Positions 12,990-26,208 of a DNA stretch of 41,671 nucleotides are shown one piece after another; the stretch's first letter is position 1; every line of letters starts with the position of its first letter. Under the pieces are notes generated by a model. The model worked only from the letters and a program-made list of their open reading frames with translations. It had not been told where the DNA came from and did not search any database. Position numbers and translations under genes: made by a program. Source of the DNA: Bigelowiella natans CCMP2755 (lineage: Eukaryota > Protista > Cercozoa); the NCBI GenBank assembly GCA_000320545.1, contig ADNK01000030.1:1-41671 (forward strand), in the 5' to 3' direction.

Positions 12990-13460
12990 CATGATTAACG
13001 TATGCAAGATGTACATGTCTCTATGTGTGAGACGGATACGATGCAATGATTGAATTGAATTTTGTCAATGCTAGAATGGTCCTCCTAATGTAGCTATGCA
13101 AAGCAGCGCATGTGCACACAGGCACATGCACGCATGACATTCGCATGAGTAGCAGCACATGTCATCTGTGTGATGAGCTCAGCTGCGTAAGTCGTCGTTA
13201 CAGCTACATGGCTAGATAGCGCCCCTCTAGCCATGCGCACTGCCTCTCGCTTGCATCTACCAGACTAGCGCTTCGATTAGCAGTAGCTAGCTAGACAGAA
13301 GATGTGTAGACCGATTTGCAGGGCGCACGATGATGCACCACAACATGATTTCACACATTGTTGCAGCATCGCATGCTAGCATGATCGACGACGGTGCCTG
13401 GATTTGCTAGTACAAAAGTGGTAAATTTTCTCGAGTCACACATGCAACTTAATCAACATT
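12990..13460. other. TpA-depleted tract 2 (between convergent genes)
   Basis: GCATGTGCACACAGGCACATGCACGCATG-type sequence. Most remaining TA is in CTA/TAG. CATGCTAGCATG at 13372-13383. Confidence 0.75.
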
Positions 13461-13580
13461 TCCATGATCTTCATAATCTTCGATCAGATCTCAATTCTTC
13501 TTGGAAACATTTTATTCATTTGAATGTATTCGTGTGTCAAGAGTGATCTCATGAAGGCATACTTCATCACGGTCAGGCGT

Positions 13581-14337
13581 TCATTGGACAACCAGAGCAT
13601 TTGCCAGCATGAAAAGGGCGGCTAATAGCAAAATGTACCTGGCAACATATGTTAGTAAGTTTCAGCTATAATTTAGAGAGAATCCCAGTTTACCTTGTCG
13701 CATTCTCTTGCCAAGTGGTTTGAGCAAGCACTTCTTTAAATTCTTCCGACTGTAAACATAATATGAACTTATCGATATGCTCGTGCATGAAAAATATGTG
13801 TCATTGACCATATTTTTGATGTCCTGCTTGAGTTCGTGAGATGTTGTAAAAGATATGATTTTGCATTTGAATGGCTTGCCACAAAGTTTCTACGAGGTCA
13901 AATTAGGAATCGATTTTACAAACTGCTGAATACATATCAATTCAAATTATAATTAAAGGACAGAAAACTGCCTTCTCAATACGGGGTCTAATAAATAGTC
14001 GTGCAATTTCTTCGCATCAATTTTTCCTTTGTCGTCCTTGTTTGACAACACCTAAGTAACAATTCGCTGTTATTTAGACTTTCATCCAAGCTGCAATTAT
14101 AATGGAATACTTTGATTTCTCGGGTAACATCCTTCTCTCCCTCGGGAGTTAGTTTCAGTAAATCATTCCGCAACACTGCATGTATCTTCGCTTGTAAACC
14201 ATCGACGGTATCCATCCCAGAAGCTAAGATGTTTGTAGATGAATAAATCTTTTGCGGCTCTAACTCGTGCGATAGCAGCAAATGCAAACACAAGCACGTG
14301 CTACCAGAGATCCATCGTACACGCACGAGTATGTTTA

Positions 14338-14398
<61 letters not shown>

Positions 14399-15555
14399 TG
14401 TGTGTGTGTGTATTTGTGTGCGTGTGTGTGTGTATGAATATGTGTACGGGCGTGTGTTGGAGAGAGGGGGGGGGGAGGGGGGGGAGGGACACATCAATAA
14501 ATGTGTCCATTCGAAGCACATTAAAAACACACGCGTCTACCTGTAGGCTCCTTCGGTAGCTGTGTCACAAAAGGAATTTCAGTGGAATTACACTTGAGGA
14601 CAAAGGGGATGCAATAAAGGCAAAGGTAGCAACAATATGTTTGTACTCACTTTGCTGAATACTGGATACTCAATTGTCCCCTGTTGGCGGCTTGCTGGCC
14701 CAAATTTGATGTGAAATAAATACTTTCTCTCATCTGGTTTCCTTCGGTTTGTGATCTGCTGATAAACTTTCAGCCATTCCTTAAAATTTTCCAAGATTAT
14801 TTCATTGGCCTGATAAACCCCATGAAGTTAACTTTCTCGTGTAAATTGCCGAATCTAAACAGTATTGATTACTGGGGTTTTTTTCCGAGGGCGTCCGTCA
14901 CAAATCGCTTTTCGAAAATTTTCCACTTCATTTTTCGGTAGTTCGAACATGTGGTTGGTGAGCTAAACAAGGAAAACAATGGGAATGATTGACACTGGTT
15001 TATCAGGTACTACATAAAGTGCTACATGGATGATGAGATGACCAGGAATGATTGTCTCAAAGCATGCGGGTACCTTGTAAATTTGCTCCATCATCTTGTC
15101 TATCTCGACAGCGTCAGTGTCTCCAAATTCCGTTTGAATGAATTTCTCTGGTTTTTCATACTTAATGGTTATCCCTCTCAAAATTGCGAGAGGTAGATCA
15201 ATATGAAGTAATTTAGTGTCTTTCCCTTCACCTGAGAGTGGGGATCGATTAGAGATCCTCAAGAATGTAGCATACAGTAGTTACCTCCCATTGCACTTTA
15301 CTCCTTCCTGCCACTGATCACAGTTTTCTTTTACGAGCCTTGTTGTTTCTTAACTTCGAATATGGGGGGAGCGGTAAAGAGTTATCGGAACCACCTGTGA
15401 TTGAAAGGTCTCATTCGGTTAGGGAGGATGAGTCCCCGGTAGTGACCGGGATTATGACTAAAAGTTGGTGGAATGGCCATTCCTTTCCACACAAATCCCT
15501 CCCATTTTTGGTTAAATTGGCACGTCATTGGCCTTTTTTGTGTATTAATTCCCAT
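13581..15555 (-). CDS. Hypothetical multi-exon protein with C-terminal hydrophobic (tail-anchor-like) segment
   Basis: Phase-compatible exons: MGINTQKRPMTCQFNQKWEGFVWKG.., GITIKYEKPEKFIQTEFGDTDAVEIDKMMEQIYK|LTNHMFELPKNEVENFRK..|ANEIILENFKEWLKVYQQ.., ending SEEFKEVLAQTTWQENATR|YILLLAALFMLANALVVQ*. The start codon is uncertain. Confidence 0.65.
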
Positions 15556-15792
15556 GATTTTCTGGCGGGAAAACGTCAGCGACCGGTATCCCTTCCTTCA
15601 CATCTCTCCCTCTCCCTCTCTCCTTACTAAAAGATCTTCATACGGGAGTCCTTTTAAAGAACACTAGGAAACTGCTGCATCACAATCATCGCGGTGGGGT
15701 ATCATATAGCCATAGGCTCGCACGTCATGCAGTAAAACATTGAGGAACTGAAGCAAGTTTTATACTAATCTCACATAAAACTGCACAGCGGA

Positions 15793-18700
15793 ATGTCTCA
15801 AAGAACGCGAACCGGGCTATGGAGTCTTATTCGCGCGCGATTCCTCCCAAGCCAAGGGAACAATATGGAGGTGGCTCTAAATCCTCTCTGCAAAACGCCA
15901 GTATCTTTATCAGTCTTGCAATCGTTTTAAAAGGTGGAGAACGAAGGGAATACTTTGCGATCATCCCAGCCAGAGCGGTAGTTGCACGTTGTCTCAAGGC
16001 TCTTATGCTTCAATTTCTCCTTCCCCTCCCCATCCCTCTCTCCCCCCTCTCGTTTTGTTGATTGTGTTTCCAGCAAACGTCGCAGAAGAGGTTCGCCCTC
16101 AAGGTAGCTTACACAGGAATATGTCACGACTCTTTTAACCTTCTATATCTCAGGGCTCATACGAGAGATGGAACTCTAAGGCCATTAAATCCCTCCCATA
16201 GATATCAAACACGCCACAAGGTCACAAATTGCAATTGTCATGTCCATTTTGTGACTTGGTCCATGCTGACAGGAGAACATGCTACACATGGCTGCGAGTC
16301 TGGATGTTGTGGCATCCGCGGTTAGATTCCGCCGTAGAAGGTTAAAGATTTCATGGACAAATTTTGCAAACCGTTCATTCAATTTAGAATAATTTGTTTT
16401 AGATCTAGGTCTCCCTCTCGAGAATCGAAGAGAAAGCGCCAAAGAATAGCTGCCCCTACTGGGTAAATTTGGCGATATATCTTCAACAACAACCTCCATA
16501 ATCTTTGTTGTTCCAGGCGTATTATTCCCGGAACAGATATAATAGTTGCTGGCATGCGGGGAAATGGAATCGGCAACCTACCGGAAGACCAAACAGAGGC
16601 AGTTGAGCAACGGGTAACAGACATCCTCATAGTATGAATGAAAGAAGGAATAACAACGTCTAAACTTTAACTTTACACCCATTTCATGTCATATTAGCTA
16701 GCTCAGGAACTACATCCTTTCATAAATGTAATATCTATTAGGTCGTGAATGATGATCAAGATGAAGAAGGCCTTCAAGTTGGTGAGTCCGTTGTGCTCCC
16801 TGACGACATCAATGAGGAAGAGGTGTGAACCTGTACTTTTGTCATGGGATCGCAAGAGAGAACGTAGACCACGATATGCTTTTCATCTGCTTTCGATGAG
16901 ATCGACGCGTGCATGAAAGACTCCCCCCCTCTCTTGATGTTTCGATAGCTACATACGGATATAATAACAAACAACATAATCATATACTCCGAATATCGTA
17001 TATCTTACGTTTTATATCGCAAAACGTTCTTCTAAAGTGCGTATCATTTGTCTCCTTCATAAATAGGGCGACGAAGACGAAATAAACGTGGAAGCTACGC
17101 CACGTAGGCTGAGCTCCCGGCTAAAAAAGTTAAAAAGCCCTGCGCCTACAGCAGAACTTTCCAGTTCCCTATTAGGAGAAGAAGCTCAGGAAGATATTAT
17201 GGTTCAAGGGCATCAGAACACGAAGCACGCACATAAGTAAGATTCTACGTCATACACTATGCAGAGTCCACTTCAATTGTAATGTTTGCACCACGAAATC
17301 TTTTTAGCCTCAAGGCTCCCGAAGCTACAGTTGCAAGAAGGGGCAGTCCAGATACCATCTTCGAACTTTTGCGCTTCTTCATCATTATTCTTTTGTTGTT
17401 GACCACTGCTCTCGTAGCCAGGCGTATATACTACAAGTCAACAATAAAGACTGGAACAGAATACTTCAATGACGTCGATGCCAGTTTAGATGAAAATCTG
17501 GCTCGATCTAAACAAAGGTTGCCCACTATTTTTTATTTTAAGAATAGATCCTTGATTTATAACTGATCGTCAGACAAATTTCGAAGTGGAATTCCGAAGA
17601 AAGAACGCTGCGACATGAAGTGACATCTGGGGGATATCGTAGTCAGAGAGAAATCAAGGAAAATTTTCTACAAGAAGTCAAAAAGGTAAAAAAAAAAATG
17701 AGTATGCAAATGCACATACCAAAATTGAATATCTTCAACAGAGCATCAAGGAGTGGGTTGATAAAGACTCTGAAGATCAAATTTTAAAAATTTTACTCGA
17801 GGAGGGAAATGTGATTGCTCGGGATCATATCTCTCTTTCAAATCCCTTGGAACCTCTAGGATCCCAACTGGTAAATTAACTCTCATCTGACAACTCGATG
17901 TACCCATATATTCAAATTGATTTATTCAGGAGAAGATGGAGGGAATCTTTGATATGAAAAATCAGTTTATGGTTGAGGAAGATAGTCTTCTTGAGCGTGT
18001 TGAGAAGGCTATTGATGAAGTTATTAACAGCAAAAGATCAGCAATAGCTTCGAAGTTTGCAACGATGAAGGAGAACGTGAAATCCGAGTTTGCCGATTCG
18101 GTAATCTTAGTTTAGGTGATGTATTCTATTTCTTCATCTTGACGAAGAGTTTTATCAGGCAAAGCCTAAAAAACATACTTTAACGATGATTAAGCATCAG
18201 CTAGCGCCAGTAATAAGCAAGGAAATGATTGAGGTCTGTACAGTACACAGTTGATGCAAGAGTATCATAATTTGGTGTATGAAATGTCCACAGGAACGAA
18301 TTCTGGCTGCCATCGAAAAGTACGCTGCTGACCGTGTTGGAGAGGTTATATTGATTTTACGCGACTGAAATTATATTCACTAAATGAGCACTTGTTATAG
18401 ATTGACTATGCCTCAAAACTCTGGAATTCAAGAATCATTGGAAAATCAGAATCTGCAAAGAGCAATACGGTTACTTATCTCCATTTATGTGATAATGATC
18501 GAAACGTTTATGCTGTAAAGACACTTTCACATGGACATATTATTGAAAGGAAGATTCTTAATTTACAATCTCAGGCAAAATCTTTCTTGCCAAGAGTATG
18601 GTCGCAGTTTAAAGATTTTGTAAATCCATCCAGGAGAAAGGTATTTCGCAAACTTTTCACCCAGTGTAATCAAAATCGGTAGATGACTTATCATTCCATG

Positions 18701-18962
18701 TTCGCAGTGGCGTTCGTAATGTGTGCATGCGTTTGTCCACATCAGGGACCGGATGTTATTCTAGAGAATAACATGAATCCAGGAGATTGTTGGGCATTAA
18801 ATGGCCCCGCTGGATACGTAGGATTATTTAAATCTCCATGATTGATGCACTGTGATTTTATTCGGTTTGGGTCGTCCAGGTAACAGTGAAATTGGGGAGA
18901 AAGGTTAAAGTATCTAAAGTGTCCGTACAACACATTTCGAAGGTTGCTTTTCTTTTTCATGG

Positions 18963-19004
<42 letters not shown>

Positions 19005-19458
19005 CATCATATTTTGCCTGCAATCTTCAGGGCATTGCTCCGGAAAAGTCTACGGCTTTGAAGAAATTTAAGGTCTGGGGAAAGTTAAGTGGAAAGGACA
19101 AGGAAAGCATTCAAATTGGACACGCATCTTATCAATTTGGAAGCACTTTCAGTGTGCCAACGATTCAGGTGAAATTTTCATCGAATGAAGTACTTAGCAC
19201 ACATGGTGAAAGAATATGCGTTGCAAAACTGAAATCCCTCTTTGATTTGTTTGTATTCAGTATGCCGAAATGTATTGCGAAGAGTGGTTCGATACAATTA
19301 CGATTGAGTTTACTGAAAATTATGGCGGTAGTTACACGTGCATCTATCGTGTTCGTGTCCATGGAGGTGAATCTGCAAGAAATTTAGACGGAAAAACTAT
19401 GAATGAGCGTTCTGAGCGTCTGAACAATGTGACTCCTTCGAATCACAAGTCATTCTGA
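15793..19458 (+). CDS. SUN-domain (Sad1/UNC-84) inner nuclear membrane protein
   Basis: Spliced basic N-terminus (MSQRTRTGLW..KRRRRGSPSR..ESKRKRQR), TM segment FFIIILLLLTTALVA, and a coiled-coil-like region. The SUN domain follows: IEKYAADRVGE|IDYAS, PDVILENNMNPGDCWALNGPAG, VSVQHISK, STALKKFKVWG, IEFTENYGGSYTCIYRVRVHG. Confidence 0.92.
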
Positions 19459-19699
19459 ATGTATCCACTCTTTAATTAGCATTTTTTGAAATGCACTCAT
19501 CTGTCGGAACGCAAATTGGATATCTTCTAGATATTTACGAGAAGTGTAGTAATTTTGTTGCATTGAGAGGGCGAATAGTGAGAACGATAATTTGGATAAT
19601 GAGACAAAGTGTCGGAATCAGGAAAGCGGTAGAGTTTTGTTTTGTCCATCGTGCGGTTGTACTTTACGAGGTTGACAGTTTGCACAATTGAAGCTTAGT

Positions 19700-20400
19700 T
19701 GCCAGACGCCTGCTAGCCTGGCTGCAGATGCACCATGTACATGCTAGCATGTAATCGGCATGCTCAGAAATTTGCGTGCGATGCATGAAGATGACGACAA
19801 ATCTGCTGGCGCCAGCTAGCCAGGTGTCTTGCTGCGCGCGATGATGTTCACATCCAAAGCTAGCTAGCTAGCTAGCACACTCATGGTGCATCTGTGAGAA
19901 AAATGTTTTTGCCCATCCTTTGCCATGTCTAGATCATCCAGAGATGTCAACGCTAGCTAGCTAGTCAATGTCAACTGGAACGCTGACAACACACCAACTA
20001 GCAGTGGTTTGTGTTTTGAACATCTAGATGTCTAGATGTGCACGCACAGTGGGCACAGCATTGCATGTCGCAGCCAGTCAGGCTAGCAGGTGACACCACG
20101 TGCTCCACGACAATCCTCCTCTCTCCTCTCAAAGCACTGCTTGACTGGTGACTGCACGCACTGTTGGTCATCAGAAACTCGGCGGAGAGTGCAAGTTCTG
20201 GAATTGACTGCTGCTTGACGACTAGGACACCCCAAATTGACACCACGGTCGGTGGACTGTGACAAGCGCGCAGTGTTCAAATTATTCAATGTGATGGAGC
20301 GTGGCGTTGTTCTCAAGAAGGTTGTGCTGCTCCGGGAAAAACGAAAAGTCAAGCAGTAACTTAGTGCCATTTTGCTGCACATTTCCAGTCTCTAAGCGAG
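19700..20400. other. TpA-depleted tract 3 (downstream of the SUN gene, tandem gene arrangement)
   Basis: By manual count, 19754-20282 has 14 TA dinucleotides and all 14 are within CTAG. CpG is abundant. Confidence 0.9.
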
Positions 20401-20616
20401 TAGAAGTGTTTTAGATTTTGCAACTGCGACACACAATGTTTGATGTCATTGAACAGGATTCTCCTTTGTAATTTGTTGAATTCACAGAAAAATGGCCTGA
20501 AAAAGAGTGTGGAATTGACAACAACAGACCGATACCTGCAGCCCGCACCATCGCGGCGAGACTGGAACCCTTCCACCAATTTGTGTGGCCTCTAAGGGGC
20601 TCCCCCAGCTAGATAG

Positions 20617-23600
20617 ATGAGCACGCCGCAAACAAGAAAATGCCCTAAATGCAACGCTGTGTGCCCAAGTATTGGCTTATTCTGTCCAAAGTGTGGGTTT
20701 TCTTTCAGCAGTGTGAACAAGAACATCAACAAATTCAACAAAATCAAACCTCCGCCTCCACCAATAAAGAACAAACCTGATGCAACGAAAGAAAATCCAG
20801 AGGGCAAATCTGCAGAGAAGCTGGAAAAACATCTGCGTATTCGACAAAAAGTTGCTGAGGTACATCTTTTTAGTGTCATGCATGTTGAGAAAAATATTGC
20901 GCGATTCTAATAGCAATTTTGCTGGCATGTTGCTGACGGTCTTCCACAGGAAATGCTAGCAACTGAAAAAAGTTACATAAAGCATCTAGATGCTGTCTGT
21001 GATAAGTATTTGAGTCCCCTACGGCAAGCGATTGAAGATGGGAGGCCAATAATTTCAGCTCATGATGTTCAGGTTACAATAGTTGCTATGGTAAACATTG
21101 AACAGGTTAACATCGATGCGAAATTTAGATGGTCTTCAGCGTAATCAGCGTGCTGCGAGATCTCAATAGAAAATTCTTGGCGGTATCGATTATTTTATTC
21201 TGCTTGCCGTTTATTTTAGACCCTTTCATTAATGCAGGATCTTGAACCGTTGATACAAAATTATACTTTGGAAACGGAACTTGGGAAAACCCTGTTGGAT
21301 TTTGCACCCTACTTCAAAGTAGAAATCCCTCAGGGAAATTTTGCTTCTAGTTCATTTTTCTCTTTACTTCTTCAATCTAAAGGAAGCGTGACGTTAACCA
21401 ACTGATTTTATGTAGATGTACACACAATATGTCAACGCCCATGAGAATGATAAGGTGCAAGCATATCTTCGGAAGCTGGATACTACAGCGGTAAGATTCG
21501 ATTGTAAAAAAGAACTGTAATATGGCTGCTTAGCTCGAGCATGTTAAAAAACGCATCAATATGAAATTCGTCGATAATTTATCAATTATCTCTTAGCCAA
21601 ATTCCGCCTTCAAAACCTTCTGCTACGATACTGCGAAGGCCGAGATGACTTTGCCCCTTCCAGCATTACTGATCACCCCTGTACAAAGGATTCCTAGGTC
21701 CAATAAATTCGGTGCCGTGCGTCAGTAGCAACTTCTAAGAAAGCTACTTCGTGCGTCATACACATGCGTAGGTATCGCCTTTTAGTGTCCGAGTATCTGA
21801 AACACACAGAGCCCTCACATAGAGATTATGGTGATCTTGAAAGAGCCTTAGACAAAATCAAAGAAACTGCAACAATAATAAACGAAGCAGTTCGAAGGCA
21901 ACAGCAGGTTGTATCTAGTTTGAGAGTTGGTAGTTGACACGATATACGATACAATAAAGGTATGATGAGATGTGAATACTAAATTCAGCGTAACACTGTC
22001 GTTGAGCTGGAGACCAAATTTACTTCGAATCCTAAATTCGTATCTCCGAGCAGAATTTTTAAGTAAGTTGTAAATATATTGTGGACTCTTCCTCTGTTAC
22101 TTAGTTAATTTACATTTTCCTTAGAAAACAGGGCCCCTTGATAAAGAAATGCCGTGCTGATGACAGAAAATATGAGTTTTTCTTGTTCAACGACCTCATG
22201 GTCTATGGGTACCAACTATCTTATAATCATTGTTTTCTATTTTAGTCACCTCTTATTTCTTAGGAGAGTTGCAGGCAAAGACAGATATACTTTACATAAG
22301 AGAATCCCGATTGATCAGGTTCCAACATTTGGTTTCCTAAGGCTTCTTGTTAAAACAATAAAAATCAGGCGTTCAATATCGAAGAGCTTCCTCAATCAGA
22401 AAATCAATACTCTTTCCAGTTATGATTTCGCATCTGTTTCAAAATCTATACCTAAAAGAAGTATCTATTTAGAATAATCAATTCTGTAAAGTCTTTCGTT
22501 GTTTACACTGAATCTGAAGAGGAAACCAGGGAATGGATTAGCGCTCTCAAGGTAAAATCTTTGGTCACCATCTAGAAGATGTTTTTAGACCTTTATTGTT
22601 TATAGGAAACGATCGTTGAAAGAGCTAATGCAGTCGACAAAGTCTTTGCATTTATAAAATATTCTATGAGAGCAAGCATCTCGCTCCATCTTATATTAGT
22701 ACATATCCAAAATACTCATTTCTGACAAATCAGGGCGAAGCAAACTTTATTGCGCCAATCTGGGAATCGGATAAGAAAAAGCAATGTCAACGTCAAAGGT
22801 TCTGTCATATATGTTGCCTAGCCCAATTGATCCATCTAATAATAAACCGGGCGGAACATCAGGAAACCAGACGGGAGTCCATGTGGAACGACATTTACTA
22901 TTTTGAAGCGAAGACATCACTGCCGTCAGTGTGGAGTTCTATGTTGCAACGATTGCTCTCCGTAATTTAGACAAAAGTTTTTTTTTTTCTGACTTCTTAT
23001 TCACTTCAGCATAGGTTTTGAGATATATGTATCCCCAGGTACAATGTCTACTTAAGAACGGATTCAAAAAAGAAGGAACGGTCGGTTTGTAGAATTTAAC
23101 CGTTTTGTGCGAATTCCATCATTATATTTGGACATCATATTAAAATTTTAGTGTCTGCACTGCTTGCATCTTGGGGTTGATGGAGCTTAGCCTGAATAGA
23201 GCATTATATAAAACGGAGCAACTGCCAAGTCCATCATTACATTCTTCGTTGCCTGGAACAACCAAGTTATCGAGCAGCACGTCTTCAATGGTACTCCCAA
23301 ATACTCGGTGCGAAAAATGTATCTGACAGCTACTTATACTTTAGGATGCAGAAAATTCTCCCGTAGCACAGGCTACTCAACACAGCACCCAATTTGAGTC
23401 TTCAAGTTCTCTTCCTCATTCTCCAGCTGAAATTGAAGGCCACAAATCGCTTCCGCCTCCACCTCCGCCTGTGAGACCTCCAATCAAAAATGTGCCACAG
23501 ATAGTGAAGCCAAAACCTCCTCCTGGGGTCCCACCCCGGCGAAGAAATATGAATGGTAGAAGATGATACTATTATGTTATACATATTCATCGGACTGACA

Positions 23601-24432
23601 TGATGTTTAAACAGACCCTGAGTTGCCGAAACCAATGGAAAATTCTTCATGTACGAGCACAACTTCAATTTTATACCTATTTATTTAGTGATTATGCACC
23701 TTAATCATTCAATGCAGTTTTGTATCTGCATTAGAGGGCACTTATTTTAACTACACGAGTTTGTAACCCCTAAGTGAAAACAACAGTGAGCCTAAATATC
23801 GATTTCCATTCCAGGGAAAAATGAATGGAAAGATGATAGTGGCGATGTGAAGCCTCCGGTCCCTAACAATTTACCTCCTCCAGTGCCGACCCAAATTAGT
23901 AATCCAAAACCACCACCGCCGACCCAGATTAATAATCCAAAATCACCACCGTCGACCCAGAATAGTAATAAAAAACCACCACCGCCACCGCTTCTTCCAA
24001 ATCCTGATGTTTTCCCAACTGAAATCGAGGAGAAGGATCTGACCACTTCGGAAGGTAAAGCTATAAAAGATGCACTCCCACAGAAAAATGGAAGTCATCG
24101 ACGGCAAGCTACTGATCCAACAAGACCTAGACCTCCAATTCCCAAAAAAATGGTCCGTCAGCTAGCTAGCTTGTGAAGGCCATACATGGATCATCGAAGC
24201 TCATTCACTCAACAATTATAATGTGTGTGTTTATGCGTGTACTTAAAAAAATATGTTTTCTTAGGCGTCCACTCGGGAAATAAATCATATACAAACCAAA
24301 AGAAATCATGGAAGTTTGCGGGGCAGAGCAAATGGAACTCGCAAACAAATAGGGAAACTAAAGAGTGTTCAGGGAGGAAAGTTGGCAGCTTTAATGGCAA
24401 AATTCCAAAATCAGGATAATGCTGTGGATTAG
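20617..24432 (+). CDS. FGD/frabin-like RhoGEF: N-terminal zinc ribbon, DH, PH, FYVE and proline-rich tail
   Basis: N-terminal CPKC..CPKCG. DH: RQKVAE|EMLATEKSYIKHL, FAPYFK|MYTQYV, ALLITPVQRIPR|YRLLVSEYLKHTEPSHRDYGDLERAL. PH: KQGPLIKKCR..YEFFLFNDLMVY, EEETREWISAL. FYVE: APIWESD..FTILKRRHHCRQCGVLCCNDCS..RVCTAC. Last exon ends GGKLAALMAKFQNQDNAVD*. Confidence 0.92.
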
Positions 24433-24439
24433 CGAGCTA

Positions 24440-25410
24440 GCCAGGCTGAAGAGATGGTTTTCGATTTCCATTTGGACTGATGCAATTAAATTCTGTACGT
24501 GTCAGTGTTCATCGAAATGCATTAGTTCATGATGACGTGAGAATCCAAGAACAACAGAAGACATTGACATGAAATGCGTGCCATTCATGCAATGCTGTGC
24601 TGTTAGCCAGATTGATGATGATTTCATGGTCTCAAATGAAATTGATTGCTGTATCAGTTATGCAGAATGCAGAAAAGTGCGATCATGATTGACGATGCGT
24701 GCGCTAGCTCGTTAGCTTGACACGTTTAGACGTCTAGACGTGGCGTGCTAGTGTGCTAGTGTGGCTACAGTGAACAAAATCACCGAAGAACAAGGACTAG
24801 AGGAAAATGCGATTTTTCCGATGACAATGCCATCTAGCTAGCTAGCTAGCTAGCCATCTCTAGATCTGCTCTAGTGCTGCCTAGCTCTAGAGCTAGCTAT
24901 CTGTGCACAACCCTAGAACCATCCATGGCATGCAAGATCTCTAGATCTCTGGATCTCTAGATCTCTAAATTTGCTCTGTAGCGCACATCCATCTCTAGAT
25001 CTGGACATCTAGACATCGCACAGCTCTAGAGCTAGAGAGCTAGCTAGCGCTAGATGGATCGCAAAACGCAACACGAGTAGATCTAGCTAGCTAGAGACCT
25101 AGATGCATGCGGTCCGTGGACCCACACATCGTTGCACATCTAACTGATGGACATTTAGTCATGCTAGCATGACTAGATGACATTGCCCATTGATTGTGAC
25201 TTTTTGAAATCTATCTTGTTCTTCAAGTTCCTCAATTTGCACACAGCTAGAAAGCTAGATAGCTTGATAGATCGAGCGCTAGAGCGCCACATTCTAGATT
25301 CTCTAGTCCTAGATGGACATCGAGCTGTCTAGCTGTGCAACACATCTAAGCGGAGCCATCTAGACATTCGAATTTCTCTTAGTCGAACTCTTCTAGATGT
25401 AGCAAAGACG
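24440..25410. other. TpA-depleted, CTAG-dense tract 4 (between convergent genes)
   Basis: Every TA from 24661 to 25410 is preceded by C and/or followed by G. There are 24 CTAG in 24841-25200 (manual count), with (GCTA)n and (AGATCTCT)n runs. Confidence 0.9.
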
Positions 25411-25411
25411 T

Positions 25412-26208
25412 TTAAGTGCTATTATCATCATCATGATTTTTCAGCTCCTGAGAAAACCCTTCGAATGCTCGCCAATTCAACATTTCCTTTCGTCTTTCAG
25501 CTTCGAATTCCCTTGCTTTTCGAGCTGACTTGTTGAACTCAACTCTTGCTTGTCTCTTTGATCTCCATGATGCACCATTGTGAAGCTCCCATTCCCGAAT
25601 AATTTCATCAGCTGAAGGAAACGCTGAGTGAAAGGTGTCTTCAAAATATTTTATTGCACCTGGGATAGTGTTATTACACGAATATGTCTGTTGTTGTGAA
25701 TGAGAACAATAGTTTTCACAGATTTGAGGCATTTCACGAATCATAGCATTTTACCATCGTTCTCAAGGCACTTCACAGCATCAGCGAATTTCTCATCCAC
25801 CTGGGTGCCAATCATAGTGGATGAGATTCAGGCATCATTCGAATTTCGGCATCGTTATGTATAAAATTTTCCCGACATAAAATGAGCTGTTCATAGTATA
25901 TCTAGAAGGCGCACCCTGTCTTTATGCACTTGTGAGGAATTCCCTTTCCAGGGAAACAAAACGTTCACATACTGGTGATTCCTCTGCCCAAATAACACAC
26001 ATGTAACATAGCGAAGGCCGACAAAGAGCAGAAAACAAAGCTGCAAACCTCTGCTTCGAGACCAACTCTCAGATGCACGATTGCAAACCCATGCTACGTA
26101 CAGTAGGATATACACTATGAGGATTCCACACGGAAAAATGTCAACATTTCCAATACCTTCTTTGGTCCCAAGAAATGTTGGAGAGTGTTGAGTCCTTATA
26201 TGTACCAC
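25412..26208 (-). CDS. Small hypothetical multi-exon protein (5' end uncertain)
   Basis: Phase-compatible exons RNHQYVNVLFPWKGNSSQVHKDR|VDEKFADAVKCLENDG|AIKYFEDTFHSAFPSADEIIREWELHNG..DDDNST* separated by GT-AG introns. Confidence 0.6.

Noticed and set aside
15520-15660. PDZ-like motif KGLPYEDLL..KRPMTCQF on the minus strand
   Set aside because: An in-frame stop lies just upstream and the rest of a PDZ fold is not found.
16185-16630. Minus-strand ORFs 16185-16499 and 16379-16630 as the start of the upstream minus gene
   Set aside because: The plus strand gives a phase-consistent GT-AG exon chain from ATG 15793 into the SUN gene, so these ORFs are antisense shadows.
20240-20360. Protein-like fragment VDCDKRAVFKLFNVMERGVVLKKVVLLREKRKVKQ as a pseudogene
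   Set aside because: It is short, belongs to no family I recognise, and open frames are expected in TA-poor DNA.
19700-20400. 5mC CpG deamination as the source of the CA/TG excess
   Set aside because: CpG is abundant in the tracts, and the shared CpGs are unchanged between the duplicated copies.
24830-25400. Helitron 3' ends or a CRISPR-like array
   Set aside because: CTAGs are scattered through low-complexity sequence with no constant repeat-spacer period, and no Rep/helicase or cas gene is visible.
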